Origin: an uncultured Lachnospiraceae bacterium
GTDB taxonomy: Bacteria; Bacillota; Clostridia; Christensenellales; UBA1242
DNA: 59,521 nt
Reading direction: 5' to 3'
Assembly: GCA_964457935.1 (NCBI GenBank)
Contig: CAYWFC010000002.1
Span: forward strand, 1 to 59,521
Made by a program: the position numbers and the translations under genes
Part shown: positions 25,788-36,500 of the stretch, piece after piece
How positions within the stretch are numbered: position 1 is the first letter of the stretch
How the letters are laid out: the number at the start of each line of letters is the position of its first letter
Notes under the pieces: generated by a model
The model's input: only the letters and a program-made list of their open reading frames with translations
Told to the model about the DNA's origin: nothing
The model's database searches: none

Positions 25788-26688
25788 GTTATTTGTTTTT
25801 AATGATACTGTATCTAAACGATTGGATGTTTTTTTGTGTGAAAATCTAGAGAACATCACTCGCGCATACATCAAGACGCTCAATACTGACGGTCACATCA
25901 CTGTCAACGGTCAGTCTGTCAAGGCGGGCTACGCGCTGAAATCTGGCGACCAGATTAGCGTGGCACTGCCAGACATACAGCCACTAGAGGCTAAGGCTGA
26001 GGACATAGATTTGGACATTTTGTACCAAGACGATGACTTAGTGGTACTAAACAAACCGCAAGGTATAGTGGTGCATCCTTGCCAGACCACTAAATCTGGG
26101 ACTTTGGTCAATGCACTGCTTTATCACATAGACAATCTCAGTGGCATAAACGGAGTGCTGAGGCCGGGTATAGTGCACAGGCTGGACAAGGATACGTCAG
26201 GTCTGCTCGTCGTGGCAAAAAACGACCATTCGCACAAAGAACTCTCTAGACAACTGCAAGACAAGACTATGCACAGAGAGTATTTGGCGCTGGTCAATGG
26301 CGTGGTCAGGAGCGACTTTGCAGTCGAAGGGTATATGACGCGCCACCCGCGCAATAGGCAACTTATGACTGTCACGCCTACCCAGACTGTGCCTAGCGCG
26401 CGATACAGCAAGACATACTTTGAAGTGGTGCAGAATTTCGACAAATACACTTTGCTCAAGTGCATACTGACCACAGGACGCACGCACCAAATCCGCGCCC
26501 ACCTAAAGAGCAAGAATATCACCATAGTAGGCGACCGCCAGTACGGTAGCACAGATAAATTCAAACTAAATGGGCAATTATTGCACGCATATTCGCTTAC
26601 TTTTGTGCATCCTAGCACGCACGAGGAGATGACTTTTACGTGCGACGTGCCAAGTTTCTTTAGAGACGTGCTAGAAAAAATAAAATAA
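25774..26688 (+). CDS. rluD: RluA-family 23S rRNA pseudouridine synthase (RluD-like)
   Basis: N-terminal S4-like region, HRLDKDTSGLLVVAKN, GRTHQIRAHL. Confidence 0.9.
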   Translation: MTQNKLFVFNDTVSKRLDVFLCENLENITRAYIKTLNTDGHITVNGQSVKAGYALKSGDQISVALPDIQPLEAKAEDIDLDILYQDDDLVVLNKPQGIVVHPCQTTKSGTLVNALLYHIDNLSGINGVLRPGIVHRLDKDTSGLLVVAKNDHSHKELSRQLQDKTMHREYLALVNGVVRSDFAVEGYMTRHPRNRQLMTVTPTQTVPSARYSKTYFEVVQNFDKYTLLKCILTTGRTHQIRAHLKSKNITIVGDRQYGSTDKFKLNGQLLHAYSLTFVHPSTHEEMTFTCDVPSFFRDVLEKIK

Positions 26689-26759
26689 AATCTATATTTT
26701 TGGCAGAAAATATTGCATATTAGATTTATATTTGATATAATATAACTTGGAGGGAACAA

Positions 26760-27020
26760 ATGGCTAATAACTTTAAATTTGAGAAATTTCTAAACTTCCT
26801 CGCTTATGTAGCTATCATCTTCGTAGCAGTGGCATTGCTATTGGGCAAAGTTATCAATAGTTTGACCGCACTGAGAGATATCGCTGAGATTATGGCATAT
26901 TTCATCACCGCTATATCGGCATTCTACTATGCTAGGAGCAAGCGCAATCCTTGGATCATTGTGGCTTATATCGTAGCAGTAGTCATCATCATAGTGATAC
27001 TGGTACTACGCTTGGCATAA
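26760..27020 (+). CDS. small membrane protein (86 aa)
   Basis: RBS GGAGGGA 26749-26755. Two or three TM helices. Confidence 0.55.
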   Translation: MANNFKFEKFLNFLAYVAIIFVAVALLLGKVINSLTALRDIAEIMAYFITAISAFYYARSKRNPWIIVAYIVAVVIIIVILVLRLA

Positions 27021-27391
27021 TGAAGAGAAAGTTTAATCGCAGGCTCACCATTTGCTTGGTGAGTTTGTTTGTATCTATAGTAATGTTGTGTCTGCAGTCA
27101 GTGAGCAAAATATTCACCAATGTGGGATTGTCAATGCTCGGGGTTGCTATATTTTTTGGGTCATTATTGTACTACGACCACATGCGTGGCTTGCACCAGC
27201 AGTACGACCAAGAAATGCGCGACATTATGCGCCAGTCCGACGAAGAAGGACTGTCTATGCAACGAAAAGACATCAAGCGCGTGCACAAACACAGACGCAG
27301 ATATTTCGCAGGGCACAGATTCACTTTCGTGTGTTTCGCTGTGTGCGGAGTGCTGATATTTGTGCTGCCTATTTTGATGTTCTTTATCTAA
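27020..27391 (+). CDS. membrane protein (123 aa)
   Basis: ATG 27020 overlaps the upstream TAA (TAATG). MKRKFNRRLTICLVSLFVSIVMLCL... with three TM helices. The ORF-track start 26951 would overlap the upstream gene. Confidence 0.5.
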   Translation: MKRKFNRRLTICLVSLFVSIVMLCLQSVSKIFTNVGLSMLGVAIFFGSLLYYDHMRGLHQQYDQEMRDIMRQSDEEGLSMQRKDIKRVHKHRRRYFAGHRFTFVCFAVCGVLIFVLPILMFFI

Positions 27392-27449
27392 AATATTTGC
27401 TATATCGCACTGGATGTGGTATAATATACTTTACGTTTAAGGAGAGATT

Positions 27450-28763
27450 ATGAATTACACAATTACAAAAAATGACAACGGCCAGCACGTAGCTGAGATC
27501 AAGATCGACGCCAAAGAATGGGACACATATTTGGAGTCAGCGTACCTTCGCACTAAAGAAAAATTCACTGTGCAGGGCTTCCGCAAAGGCAAAGCACCTA
27601 GAAATGTGATAGAGAAAATGTACGGCGAGCATATTTTCATGCAGGACGCCCTAGACGACGTGTACTACAAGGCTTACACTCAGATATTGAGCGAGAATGC
27701 AGATATCAAGCCTATCTCGTCACCTAGCCTAGACATCAAGTCCTTTGACAAAGACGCTCTAGAGTTATTGCTGACTATCCCATGTATGCCTAAGTTTGAA
27801 TTGGCTCAATACAAGGGCAATACGTACCACAAACATATCCACACTGTAGGCGAGGACGAAGTGGCTGAGGCAGTGAATAGAGAACTGATGCGCGCATCCA
27901 AACTGGAAGAAAAAGACGGCGCAGTAGCAATGGATGACTTCGTGAACCTAGACTTTGAGGGATACATCGACGGCGAAGCATTCGAGGGTGGCAGTGCGAA
28001 AGACTATCAGCTGAAGATAGGCTCTCATAGTTTCATCGATACATTCGAGGACCAGCTCGTAGGGCTGAAAGTCGGCGACACCAAAGACGTCAATGTCACA
28101 TTCCCAGCAGACTACCACGAGCCAAAATTCTCTGGCAAGCCAGCAGTATTTAAGGTAAAAATCAACAAAATCCGCGCTCGCGTAATGCCTGAATTAAACG
28201 ACGAATTCGTCAAAGACATATCCGAATACGACACTGTAGCAGACTTTAAGGCTGGGCTAAAGAAAGACCTCGAAGAGAGAAATGCTAACCAAGCCAAGGC
28301 ACATCTAGAGAATGAGATTTTGGACGACATCGTGGATAGGACTGACATCGACCTACCAGAAGCATTGCTCGAAAACGAGAAAGACAGGATGATGCATGGC
28401 TTCGAGCAACAACTCGCTCAGCAGGGCATCGCTCTCGATGATTACGCCCAATACATCGGCAAGACTGTCGATGAGATCAAGGCAGAGCAGAGCGAATACG
28501 CAGTCAAATCTCTAAAATCTAGACTAGTGCTAGAGAAATTAATCACAGAAGAGAAAATCGACATTTTGGACGGTCAGTATGAGGAGAAAGTCAAAGAGAT
28601 CGCTGACTCTCAGCATATGGCTGTGGCAGACTTTGAGAAAGAAATCTCAGAGGACCTGAAGAATAGAATACTAAACAATATCTTGATGGACAACATTGTG
28701 AAATTCTTGATAGACAACAATACTATCGAAGAAGAAGTGTGCGACGAACATCATTCTCACTAA
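27450..28763 (+). CDS. tig: trigger factor
   Basis: RBS AAGGAGAG. N-terminal GFRKGKAPRNVIEKMYG signature, central FKBP-like PPIase segment, acidic C-terminus. Confidence 0.9.
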   Translation: MNYTITKNDNGQHVAEIKIDAKEWDTYLESAYLRTKEKFTVQGFRKGKAPRNVIEKMYGEHIFMQDALDDVYYKAYTQILSENADIKPISSPSLDIKSFDKDALELLLTIPCMPKFELAQYKGNTYHKHIHTVGEDEVAEAVNRELMRASKLEEKDGAVAMDDFVNLDFEGYIDGEAFEGGSAKDYQLKIGSHSFIDTFEDQLVGLKVGDTKDVNVTFPADYHEPKFSGKPAVFKVKINKIRARVMPELNDEFVKDISEYDTVADFKAGLKKDLEERNANQAKAHLENEILDDIVDRTDIDLPEALLENEKDRMMHGFEQQLAQQGIALDDYAQYIGKTVDEIKAEQSEYAVKSLKSRLVLEKLITEEKIDILDGQYEEKVKEIADSQHMAVADFEKEISEDLKNRILNNILMDNIVKFLIDNNTIEEEVCDEHHSH

Positions 28764-28848
28764 TTATCGCTAAAATACTGCAAAATTAGTGTCTGGATGC
28801 AGGTACAGATTATACACTTTTGGATAGTATAATAATAAGGAGTGATTT

Positions 28849-29430
28849 ATGATGATACCAATGGTAGTAGACCAAGTAGGTAATTTTGAAAGAAGTTATG
28901 ATATATATTCCAGACTGCTCGAGGACAGGATTATATTCTTGACAGGCGAGATAAACGACGCTGTGGCTAATTCTGTCGTGGCGCAGTTGATATATCTAGA
29001 GGGCAAAAACCCTGACAAAGACATATTTTTGTACATCAATAGCCCCGGTGGCTCTGTGAGCGCCGGTATGGCTATATACGACACTATGCAATACGTCAAA
29101 TGTGACGTGTCGACCATTTGTATAGGGCTGGCGGCATCTATGGCGGCATTATTGCTGTCCAGCGGTGCCAAAGGCAAGCGCATAGTGCTACCTCATGGCG
29201 AAGTGATGATACACCAGCCTCTCGGTGGCGCGCAAGGTCAAGCCAGCGACATAGAGATACAGGCAAAGCATATCCAGAGCATCAAAGCGACTCTGAATAA
29301 GATTTTGGCTGACAATACCGGCAAAGACATCCACACTATCGAAGTCGATACCGATAGAGACAATTATATGACTGCAGAGCAGGCTCTGGAGTACGGTCTG
29401 GTGGATAAAATTTTCACAAAAAGACAATAA
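28849..29430 (+). CDS. clpP: ATP-dependent Clp protease proteolytic subunit
   Basis: [19 protein letters not shown] (active Ser), MIHQPLGG (His), typical 193 aa. Confidence 0.95.
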   Translation: MMIPMVVDQVGNFERSYDIYSRLLEDRIIFLTGEINDAVANSVVAQLIYLEGKNPDKDIFLYINSPGGSVSAGMAIYDTMQYVKCDVSTICIGLAASMAALLLSSGAKGKRIVLPHGEVMIHQPLGGAQGQASDIEIQAKHIQSIKATLNKILADNTGKDIHTIEVDTDRDNYMTAEQALEYGLVDKIFTKRQ

Positions 29431-29470
29431 TACTTTGCATACAATAAAATACGATTTATAGAGGTGTTTT

Positions 29471-30724
29471 TTGAAAGAGATAGATACAGTTTGCTCGTTC
29501 TGTGGAAAAACGGTGATGCAGATATCTCAGATAGTATCCAATCCAGACGGTGATTGTTTTATTTGTCGCGATTGCGTCGAGATGTGCAAGTCTCTCATGG
29601 AGATGGAGAAAGACGACACCAAGGCTAACGGTGAATACGCTGTAGATTTGATGCGCCCGCAAGAGATAAAAGAGAAATTGGACCAATTCATCATAGGACA
29701 GGACGAGGCTAAACGCGTGCTGGCTGTCAGTGTGTACAATCATTATAGACGCATCAATTACAATGCGACCAATCACACCGATGACGACGTGGAACTAGAA
29801 AAAAGCAATGTGCTACTCATAGGCCCTACTGGCAGTGGTAAGACATTGCTCGCCAAGACACTGGCAAAAACTCTCAAAGTGCCATTCGCTAGTTGCGATG
29901 CTACTACTTTGACTGAGGCTGGATATGTGGGCGATGATGTAGAAAATGTATTGCTAAAACTCATCCAAAATGCTAATTTTGATGTCAAAAAAGCAGAAAA
30001 AGGCATCATTTATATAGACGAAATAGACAAAATCGCTAGAAAGAGCGAGAATATGTCTATCACTCGCGATGTCTCTGGCGAAGGTGTGCAACAAGCCTTG
30101 CTAAAGATTTTGGAAGGCACTATCGCGTCTGTACCACCACAGGGTGGCAGGAAACATCCACAACAAGAAAACATCCAGATAGACACTACTAATATATTGT
30201 TTATCTTGGGTGGGGCGTTCGTAGGCTTGGAGAAAATAGTCGCTCAGCGTAATGGCGGAGTGAAGTTGGGCTTCGGCGCCGATATGAAAGACAATAGTCA
30301 AAAGGTAAACAACGAACGCATAAAAGATATCCAGCCATATGACTTGATTAAATATGGTATGATACCAGAGTTCGTCGGTCGTGTGCCTATAGTGGTGAGC
30401 CTAGACGGGCTGAGCCAAAATGCGCTGGAAAAAATATTGATAGAGCCAAAAAATGCTATCGTCAAACAGTATAAGAAAATGTTCAAAATCGACGGCATAG
30501 ATTTGGAATTTAGCAATAGTGCTATCCAAGCAGTAGCGCAAAAGGCGCTCGAACTCAGGACGGGTGCTAGAGGACTGAGGACAGTGCTGGAGGACAAAAT
30601 GATAGACGTGATGTATAACTATCACTTCGATGATTCGATAGAGAAGATAGTGGTAGATGATAATTTCATCACTGGCAAGTCCGCCCCTACTGTGTACAAA
30701 AAGACAAAATCTGAAACAGCATAA
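29471..30724 (+). CDS. clpX: ATP-dependent Clp protease ATP-binding subunit ClpX
   Basis: TTG start. Zn ribbon CSFCGK...CFICRDC, Walker A GPTGSGKT, Walker [10 protein letters not shown]. Confidence 0.95.
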   Translation: MKEIDTVCSFCGKTVMQISQIVSNPDGDCFICRDCVEMCKSLMEMEKDDTKANGEYAVDLMRPQEIKEKLDQFIIGQDEAKRVLAVSVYNHYRRINYNATNHTDDDVELEKSNVLLIGPTGSGKTLLAKTLAKTLKVPFASCDATTLTEAGYVGDDVENVLLKLIQNANFDVKKAEKGIIYIDEIDKIARKSENMSITRDVSGEGVQQALLKILEGTIASVPPQGGRKHPQQENIQIDTTNILFILGGAFVGLEKIVAQRNGGVKLGFGADMKDNSQKVNNERIKDIQPYDLIKYGMIPEFVGRVPIVVSLDGLSQNALEKILIEPKNAIVKQYKKMFKIDGIDLEFSNSAIQAVAQKALELRTGARGLRTVLEDKMIDVMYNYHFDDSIEKIVVDDNFITGKSAPTVYKKTKSETA

Positions 30725-30789
30725 ACTAGTGAAATTATCGTGCTTATTTGCACGATAATTTTATATAAAAAATATTGAGTCAAAATGTG

Positions 30790-30960
30790 GATTAAATAAA
30801 TCAAAAAATCAAAAATAAAAAATAAATAAAAATAAAAATAAAATAATAAATACCAATAAAATCAAATAAAATAATAAAAATCAAATAAAATATAAAAAAT
30901 AATATAAAAATTAATAAAAAATCAAAGAAATTAATAAAAAATACTATATTTTTATCTAAA
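30790..30960. repeat. A-rich low-complexity spacer built from AAAAT/AATAAAA words
   Basis: Read directly. Similar tracts lie at 6160-6215, 7030-7184, 35464-35560, 36240-36360 (AGCAAAAAG x6) and 47300-47420. Confidence 0.8.
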
Positions 30961-30982
30961 ATTAATAAAAAAGTGAAGAAAT

Positions 30983-31846
30983 ATGAAAATAGAGAAATTT
31001 TTCCTAACTAATTATTTTAAGAACAAGAAATCAAAGCCTACAGTCAGAGTGGGTTTGTGTTTGGGCGGTGGTGGCGCTAGAGGAATAGCGCATCTCGGCG
31101 CGCTAAAAGCTTTTGAAGAATACGGCATAGATTTTGACTTTGTAGTGGGATGCAGTGCGGGAGCATTGGTAGGAGCATTTTATTGTGCTGGGATGAATTA
31201 TCAGCAGATTTATGATATAGCCAAGACTATCAAAACGAAAGATATCCGTTCGGGAAGGCTAGGCATATTTCCGTCAAAAAATGACGGACTGATAGAACTA
31301 ATCAAAAACAACATCCCTTATGAGAATATAGAAGACTTGCCAAAGAAATTTTGCGCCGTAGCGGTAGACCTAGTCACTGCGACAGAGAAGCATTTTGACC
31401 ATGGCAAACTCGCTGAATTGACAGCATCGAGTTGCTGTGTACCTGCGGTATTCGAGCCTGTGAGATTTGACAACATGGTGCTGGTAGACGGTGGAGTGAT
31501 GAACAATCTGCCTGCCGATGTGCCGAAAAAATTTGGCTGTGATTACGTCATCAGTGTGGATGTGAATTCCACTCGTGGAGGCAATATCACCTCGGGCAAG
31601 ATGATAGACAGTATAGTGACTTCGTTCAAGATAATGATGAAGAACAACAGCGCATCAGGTTATCTAAATAGCGACATTTTGATCAAGCCTGACACCAAAA
31701 GATTTAAGTCTACCAAGCCGGATGGCTTCGACGAAATGGTGGAGGAAGGCTATCTCGCCACTGTAAAAGCCATGCCACAGATAATGGAATTGATGAATGG
31801 CGAAGTGGAGAAAAAATCAGTAATAACGAACTTCTTTGATAATTGA
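30983..31846 (+). CDS. patatin-like phospholipase
   Basis: GGGGARG oxyanion motif, GCSAG nucleophile elbow, DGG catalytic Asp motif. Confidence 0.85.
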   Translation: MKIEKFFLTNYFKNKKSKPTVRVGLCLGGGGARGIAHLGALKAFEEYGIDFDFVVGCSAGALVGAFYCAGMNYQQIYDIAKTIKTKDIRSGRLGIFPSKNDGLIELIKNNIPYENIEDLPKKFCAVAVDLVTATEKHFDHGKLAELTASSCCVPAVFEPVRFDNMVLVDGGVMNNLPADVPKKFGCDYVISVDVNSTRGGNITSGKMIDSIVTSFKIMMKNNSASGYLNSDILIKPDTKRFKSTKPDGFDEMVEEGYLATVKAMPQIMELMNGEVEKKSVITNFFDN

Positions 31847-33015
31847 TAATGCACGCAAAAGATAAAAATAACGAAAATAATACCCCAAATGACGAAAAAT
31901 TAGCCAAAAATCTAGCAAAATATGATAAAAATATCAAAACTCGAAAAATAATCGCTAGTGTGTTTTTCTTGAGCGTTATATTGGCGTTCGTGGTATCTAT
32001 GTTTTATAGTCCGCAGATATCGTCAATGCTGTCGCGCGCATTCTCGTCTGCCAACGCGGTCGATTTGGCTGGCAAGATGTCAGTGCATTATGTGGATGTC
32101 GGGCAGGCGCTCGGCATAATAGTGAAGTTTGACAACGGTCAAGTGGCGGTGGTAGACACTGGGTCGGCGAGTACTGCGACTGACTTTTGTAATTACATAA
32201 AGAACAAAATATTTGCACACAAGCGCGAATATGTCATCGACTATCTCATACTCACTCACAGCGACGCAGACCACGCCGGTGGTGCGGTGAAGATATTAGA
32301 TAATTTCGTAGTGAAAAATATTTACAGACCGAATATCTATGCAGAGTTTGAGAGACACTCCGGCATGGTAGATACGTCACTTACTTGGTATGAAGTTATC
32401 AGGGCTATAAATGCAGAGTGCGCCAAAGGGGCAAATTTATTTTACAATGCTAGCGGTATAAATATACGAGCAGGTGGCTCGGTCATGACATTCCTGAGCC
32501 CGACGAGAGATGAATACACCGACTACAATGAATATAGCCCTATCATCAAACTGAGATACGCTGGGTTTAGCCATTTGCTGACTGGCGATGCGACTGCTGA
32601 CAACGAAGAGGAAGTATTGCAGACCAGCCCGATAAGTCTAGTGAGTGATGTGCTGTGCGTCGCGCATCATGGCAGTCAGACTTCTAGTACTCCAGAATTT
32701 ATTAACGCAGTACAGCCAAAATATGCAGTGATCAGTGTGGGCAATAATTCATATGGGCATCCAGACGAAAGTACTCTGGGCAATCTATATGTTTGCGGTG
32801 TGAAGCCAAGCAATTTATATAGAACTGACGAGGATGGTGACGTAGTGTTTGTCACTGACAGCGACGGCACGAGCATCTACACAGGTGGCATAGTCGTACC
32901 TGTACGAATAAACTGGAATCTGGTGGCGGTGACTGTGATACTGTGGTGTACCGCCTCGGGAGCTATAGTTTGGATAAGATTGGACAAAAAATTTAATGAA
33001 AATCAAAAAACATAA
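31843..33015 (+). CDS. MBL-fold metallo-hydrolase, ComEC C-terminal-domain-like, membrane-anchored
   Basis: LILTHSDADHAGG (HxHxDH), VAHHGS. TM helices at both ends. Start is TTG 31843 or ATG 31849. Confidence 0.75.
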   Translation: MIMHAKDKNNENNTPNDEKLAKNLAKYDKNIKTRKIIASVFFLSVILAFVVSMFYSPQISSMLSRAFSSANAVDLAGKMSVHYVDVGQALGIIVKFDNGQVAVVDTGSASTATDFCNYIKNKIFAHKREYVIDYLILTHSDADHAGGAVKILDNFVVKNIYRPNIYAEFERHSGMVDTSLTWYEVIRAINAECAKGANLFYNASGINIRAGGSVMTFLSPTRDEYTDYNEYSPIIKLRYAGFSHLLTGDATADNEEEVLQTSPISLVSDVLCVAHHGSQTSSTPEFINAVQPKYAVISVGNNSYGHPDESTLGNLYVCGVKPSNLYRTDEDGDVVFVTDSDGTSIYTGGIVVPVRINWNLVAVTVILWCTASGAIVWIRLDKKFNENQKT

Positions 33016-33080
33016 TGTTTTTAGTTGTTTTTATCAGCCAAATCTGATATATTAAAAAATAATGTAGTGGGGTCCGAATT

Positions 33081-33491
33081 TTGAACAAAAAAATATTAAT
33101 TGTAAGTGAAAGTAAATGTTTGAGCGATGTGCTAAAGGACTTCGCTAAAGCCAAGGGGCTTCCGTATGTGGATGCGGAGCAAGTGATCAGGCGAGTGCTA
33201 CTCGGCACTCACAATCTGAACAAACTGCATGCCATAGAGAGCAGTGTGCTGGATGCTATATTTAGCCAAGGCGAGTGCGTGTTGTTCGTGGCGGTAGATA
33301 CTTTTGTCGCTGAGGAAAACGAAGAGAGATTTCGAGATTGCGTCAAGGTGTACGTCAAACTGGGCGATGCCAATGATTTGACTGAGAATGTCGCGGTCGA
33401 GATAGATAACTATATGCGCGGTGCGACTGACTATACCATTTGCGTAAGGCAAAAAAGCCAACTTTTAGACAAATTGTTTGACATAATTTGA
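33081..33491 (+). CDS. hypothetical protein, shikimate-kinase-like fold lacking a Walker A motif
   Basis: TTG start. KILIVSESKCLSDVLKDFAKAKGLPYVDAEQVI aligns by eye to the AroK N-terminus, but GxxGxGKS is replaced by SESKCLS. Confidence 0.35.
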   Translation: MNKKILIVSESKCLSDVLKDFAKAKGLPYVDAEQVIRRVLLGTHNLNKLHAIESSVLDAIFSQGECVLFVAVDTFVAEENEERFRDCVKVYVKLGDANDLTENVAVEIDNYMRGATDYTICVRQKSQLLDKLFDII

Positions 33492-33516
33492 GATTTTTTA
33501 CATTATATATTAGTAG

Positions 33517-35463
33517 GTGAATATGAATATAGACGAAAAAAGCGTAAAACAAATCAAGGCCGTAGCATTGGATATGATACAAACTGCACGCTCGGGACAT
33601 CCCGGGATAGTGTTTAGCAGTGCAGAGATACTCTACACGCTGTACACTAGGCACCTAAAGGCGATTGCGCTAGATAGTCATTGGCGCGATAGGGATAGAT
33701 TCGTGATGAGCGCGGGGCATGGCTCGGCGCTATTGTATAGCATATTGCATTGTATGGGGTACGACATATCGCTCGAGCAACTGCAGAAATTCAGAACGCT
33801 AGGTAGCGACACGCCCGGTCATCCTGAGATAACCACTGACGGCGTGGACTGCGCCACTGGACCGCTCGGTCAAGGGCTGGCGAATGCGGTCGGTATGGCT
33901 ATAGCGGAGAGTTTTTTGGCTGAGAAATTCAATCGCGACGTAGCACTGTGTGATCATTATACATATTGCTTGGTGGGCGACGGATGTCTAATGGAAGGCG
34001 TGGCGCTAGAGGCGATTAGTTTGGCAGGGCTGTATCGTCTGAACAAACTGATAGTGCTGTACGACAAAAATGACGTGACTCTCGACGGCACTTTGGCTCA
34101 GACGAATACTGAGGACGTGGTGGCGAAATTCAAGGCTTGCCATTTCGACGTGATAGAGACTGACGGTCATGACATAGATGCCATTGACCGCGCGATAGCG
34201 AGAGCGAAACAGACTGACCAGCCGTCTGTCGTGATATGTCATACTATCATTGGACGCGAGAGCGTATTGCAAAATTCTCACACTGTGCATGGCAAACCAC
34301 TCGGCTGGGAAGAAATATCTAGGCTGAAAAATCTGTGGGGCATAGCAGACGAAAAGTTTAATTTTGACAGCGATGTGAAAAAACATTTCGCTCACTTACA
34401 AAAAGAAAAAACTAAAATTTATAATAAAAATATCAAAAATATCGAAAAATATAGCAAAAAATACCCTGATTTATATGAAAAATACGAAAATTTCTATAAA
34501 AAATGTGAAATTTCGGATATTCATATAGATAATGCGGATTTGGCGACGAGAGAGAGTAGTTTTGAAATACTATCCGCTATTAGTGCCAAATATGAGAATA
34601 TTTTGGTCGCCAGTGCCGATGTGGCTAGTAGCACAAAAGCGTATATCAAAGACAACGCGCTGTACAGTGCAGACAATAGATTAGGACAAAATCTCTACAT
34701 GGGTGTGCGCGAACATGGTATGGGTGCCATATGCAATGGTATCGCTCTGCATGGTGGACTGCGTGTGGCGTGCTCGTGTTATCTGACATTTAGTGACTAT
34801 ATGCGTGCCAGCATCAGAATGAGTGCCATGATGAATCTGCCTGTGGTGTATTTATTTACGCACGACAGTTTGTGCGCTGGGCAAGACGGACCTACGCACC
34901 AGCCGATAGAGCAGGTGGACAGCCTGAGGTTGATACCTAATCTGACAGTGTTTAGACCATGCGACTGCCTAGAGACACTGGCTGGGTGGAGTGTGGCGCT
35001 CGAGCGAGACAATCCTACTGCGTTGATATTGTCTAGGCAAACTTTGTCAGCTCAAAATTCGCTAGTCGGCGGAGCGCGCTGTGGCGCATATGTCATTAGC
35101 ACTGAGAGCGACGACAGCGTGGCTACTGTGATCGCTAGTGGTAGCGAGGTGGACTTATTGGCGCAGGCTCAAAAAGAATTAGCACATCAAGGTATATACG
35201 TCGATGTGGTGAGTATGCCATGCGTAGAGTTGTTTGAAGAACAAACTGCCGAGTATCAGCAGAAAGTGCTAAAAAATAACATCATCATAGGGGTAGAAGC
35301 GAGCACCGCTATGGGACTACTAAAGTATGTGGACAGCTATGACCACCTGTACAGAGTGAGTGGCTTCGGACGTAGTGGCGACGGCAATGATGTAATGAGC
35401 GAATATGGCTTCAATGTAAAAAATATAGTAAAATTCATAAAAAATAGCATAAAAAATAAATAA
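33517..35463 (+). CDS. tkt: transketolase
   Basis: RSGHPG, GDGCLMEGV (ThDP motif), HDSLCAGQDGPTHQPIE. 648 aa. Confidence 0.95.
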   Translation: MNMNIDEKSVKQIKAVALDMIQTARSGHPGIVFSSAEILYTLYTRHLKAIALDSHWRDRDRFVMSAGHGSALLYSILHCMGYDISLEQLQKFRTLGSDTPGHPEITTDGVDCATGPLGQGLANAVGMAIAESFLAEKFNRDVALCDHYTYCLVGDGCLMEGVALEAISLAGLYRLNKLIVLYDKNDVTLDGTLAQTNTEDVVAKFKACHFDVIETDGHDIDAIDRAIARAKQTDQPSVVICHTIIGRESVLQNSHTVHGKPLGWEEISRLKNLWGIADEKFNFDSDVKKHFAHLQKEKTKIYNKNIKNIEKYSKKYPDLYEKYENFYKKCEISDIHIDNADLATRESSFEILSAISAKYENILVASADVASSTKAYIKDNALYSADNRLGQNLYMGVREHGMGAICNGIALHGGLRVACSCYLTFSDYMRASIRMSAMMNLPVVYLFTHDSLCAGQDGPTHQPIEQVDSLRLIPNLTVFRPCDCLETLAGWSVALERDNPTALILSRQTLSAQNSLVGGARCGAYVISTESDDSVATVIASGSEVDLLAQAQKELAHQGIYVDVVSMPCVELFEEQTAEYQQKVLKNNIIIGVEASTAMGLLKYVDSYDHLYRVSGFGRSGDGNDVMSEYGFNVKNIVKFIKNSIKNK

Positions 35464-35707
35464 ATTATCGCAATTATTGATAAAAAATAAAATAAAAAAT
35501 AAAAATCATTAAATTTATTAATAAAAAAATATAAATATTAAAAAAATAATCATTATATCCTAATGATTATTTTTTATAGCAAACAAATAAAAAGGACTGT
35601 CGAAATGTAGATACAATGTCTATTGGCAGTCCTTTTTGTAAGAAACTTTTGTTCTTACAGTATTATATTGTGTCATAATCAAATAATTATACATAAATTT
35701 TTTAATT

Positions 35708-36160
35708 TTATAAAGTATTGGTATTTTTTGATGCTAGGTAGTTGGCGAGGTCGTCTTCGTAGCCCATATCTTTCCACACGCGGGAAGAGTATTTGCGCCA
35801 AATGTCAGTATACATCTCACTAGTCATCTCACGTTTTTCTTTGATGACGAAATTGTAATCATTGATGAGGATAGTGTTCTCGCAGTAGGCGCGGATAGAG
35901 TCTAGGTCGCTAGCGGTAGTGCCTTCTTCGTAGCCATTCATAGAGTCGACGACATGAGCGAGGGCAGTGAATTCTTTGTAGTCATAGCAGTTTACTTTGT
36001 TGACGATATTCTCATACACTTTTGGCTCGAATACTTTGATCTCGTGGTAGCCTTTTTTAGAAGTATTGATGTCGATGATTTTGAATGGGTCGAGATTGTT
36101 TCTCTTGCAGATATAGTCAAGAGTATTTTGGTCCATATATTTCCAGTATTTTAATTCCAT
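35708..36160 (-). CDS. hypothetical protein (150 aa)
   Basis: Clean ORF with RBS GGAGGAA upstream (36165-36175 on the minus strand). No motif recognised. Confidence 0.55.
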   Translation of the reverse strand: MELKYWKYMDQNTLDYICKRNNLDPFKIIDINTSKKGYHEIKVFEPKVYENIVNKVNCYDYKEFTALAHVVDSMNGYEEGTTASDLDSIRAYCENTILINDYNFVIKEKREMTSEMYTDIWRKYSSRVWKDMGYEDDLANYLASKNTNTL

Positions 36161-36500
36161 ATATTATTCCTCCGTAATATTGATATGGTCATTGTATCAC
36201 AACGGTAGGCAAATGTCAATACCCAAATTTATATTTTTTATAGAGGTATTAATACAAAAAAAGAGACATTAGCAAAAAGTGGCAAAAGAAAAACAGCAAA
36301 AAGAGAAATCAGCAAAAAGATACTGGCAAAAAAGAAAAACTAAAAAAGTAATTAGCAAAAAAAAGGAATAGTCGATTGACTATTCCGTCTGTAAAGAAGT
36401 TAATCTTTACATATTATATATTGTGTCAAAAGCGGATAAATATACACAAAAATGTGAAAATAATCTCAAAAAATCAAAAATTTTATGAAAAATGATGAAA

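Noticed and set aside
26124-26759. Long antisense ORFs opposite well-supported genes. Examples are the 211-aa ORF opposite rluD, 4400..4927 opposite the ABC ATPase, 8713..9285 opposite spmA, 25380..25883 opposite lspA, 11342..11848 and 14876..15364 opposite the giant gene, and several opposite nifJ.
   Set aside because: These are shadow ORFs. The sense-strand products carry unambiguous family motifs. The antisense translations are low-complexity or Ser/Cys/Leu-rich and have no RBS.
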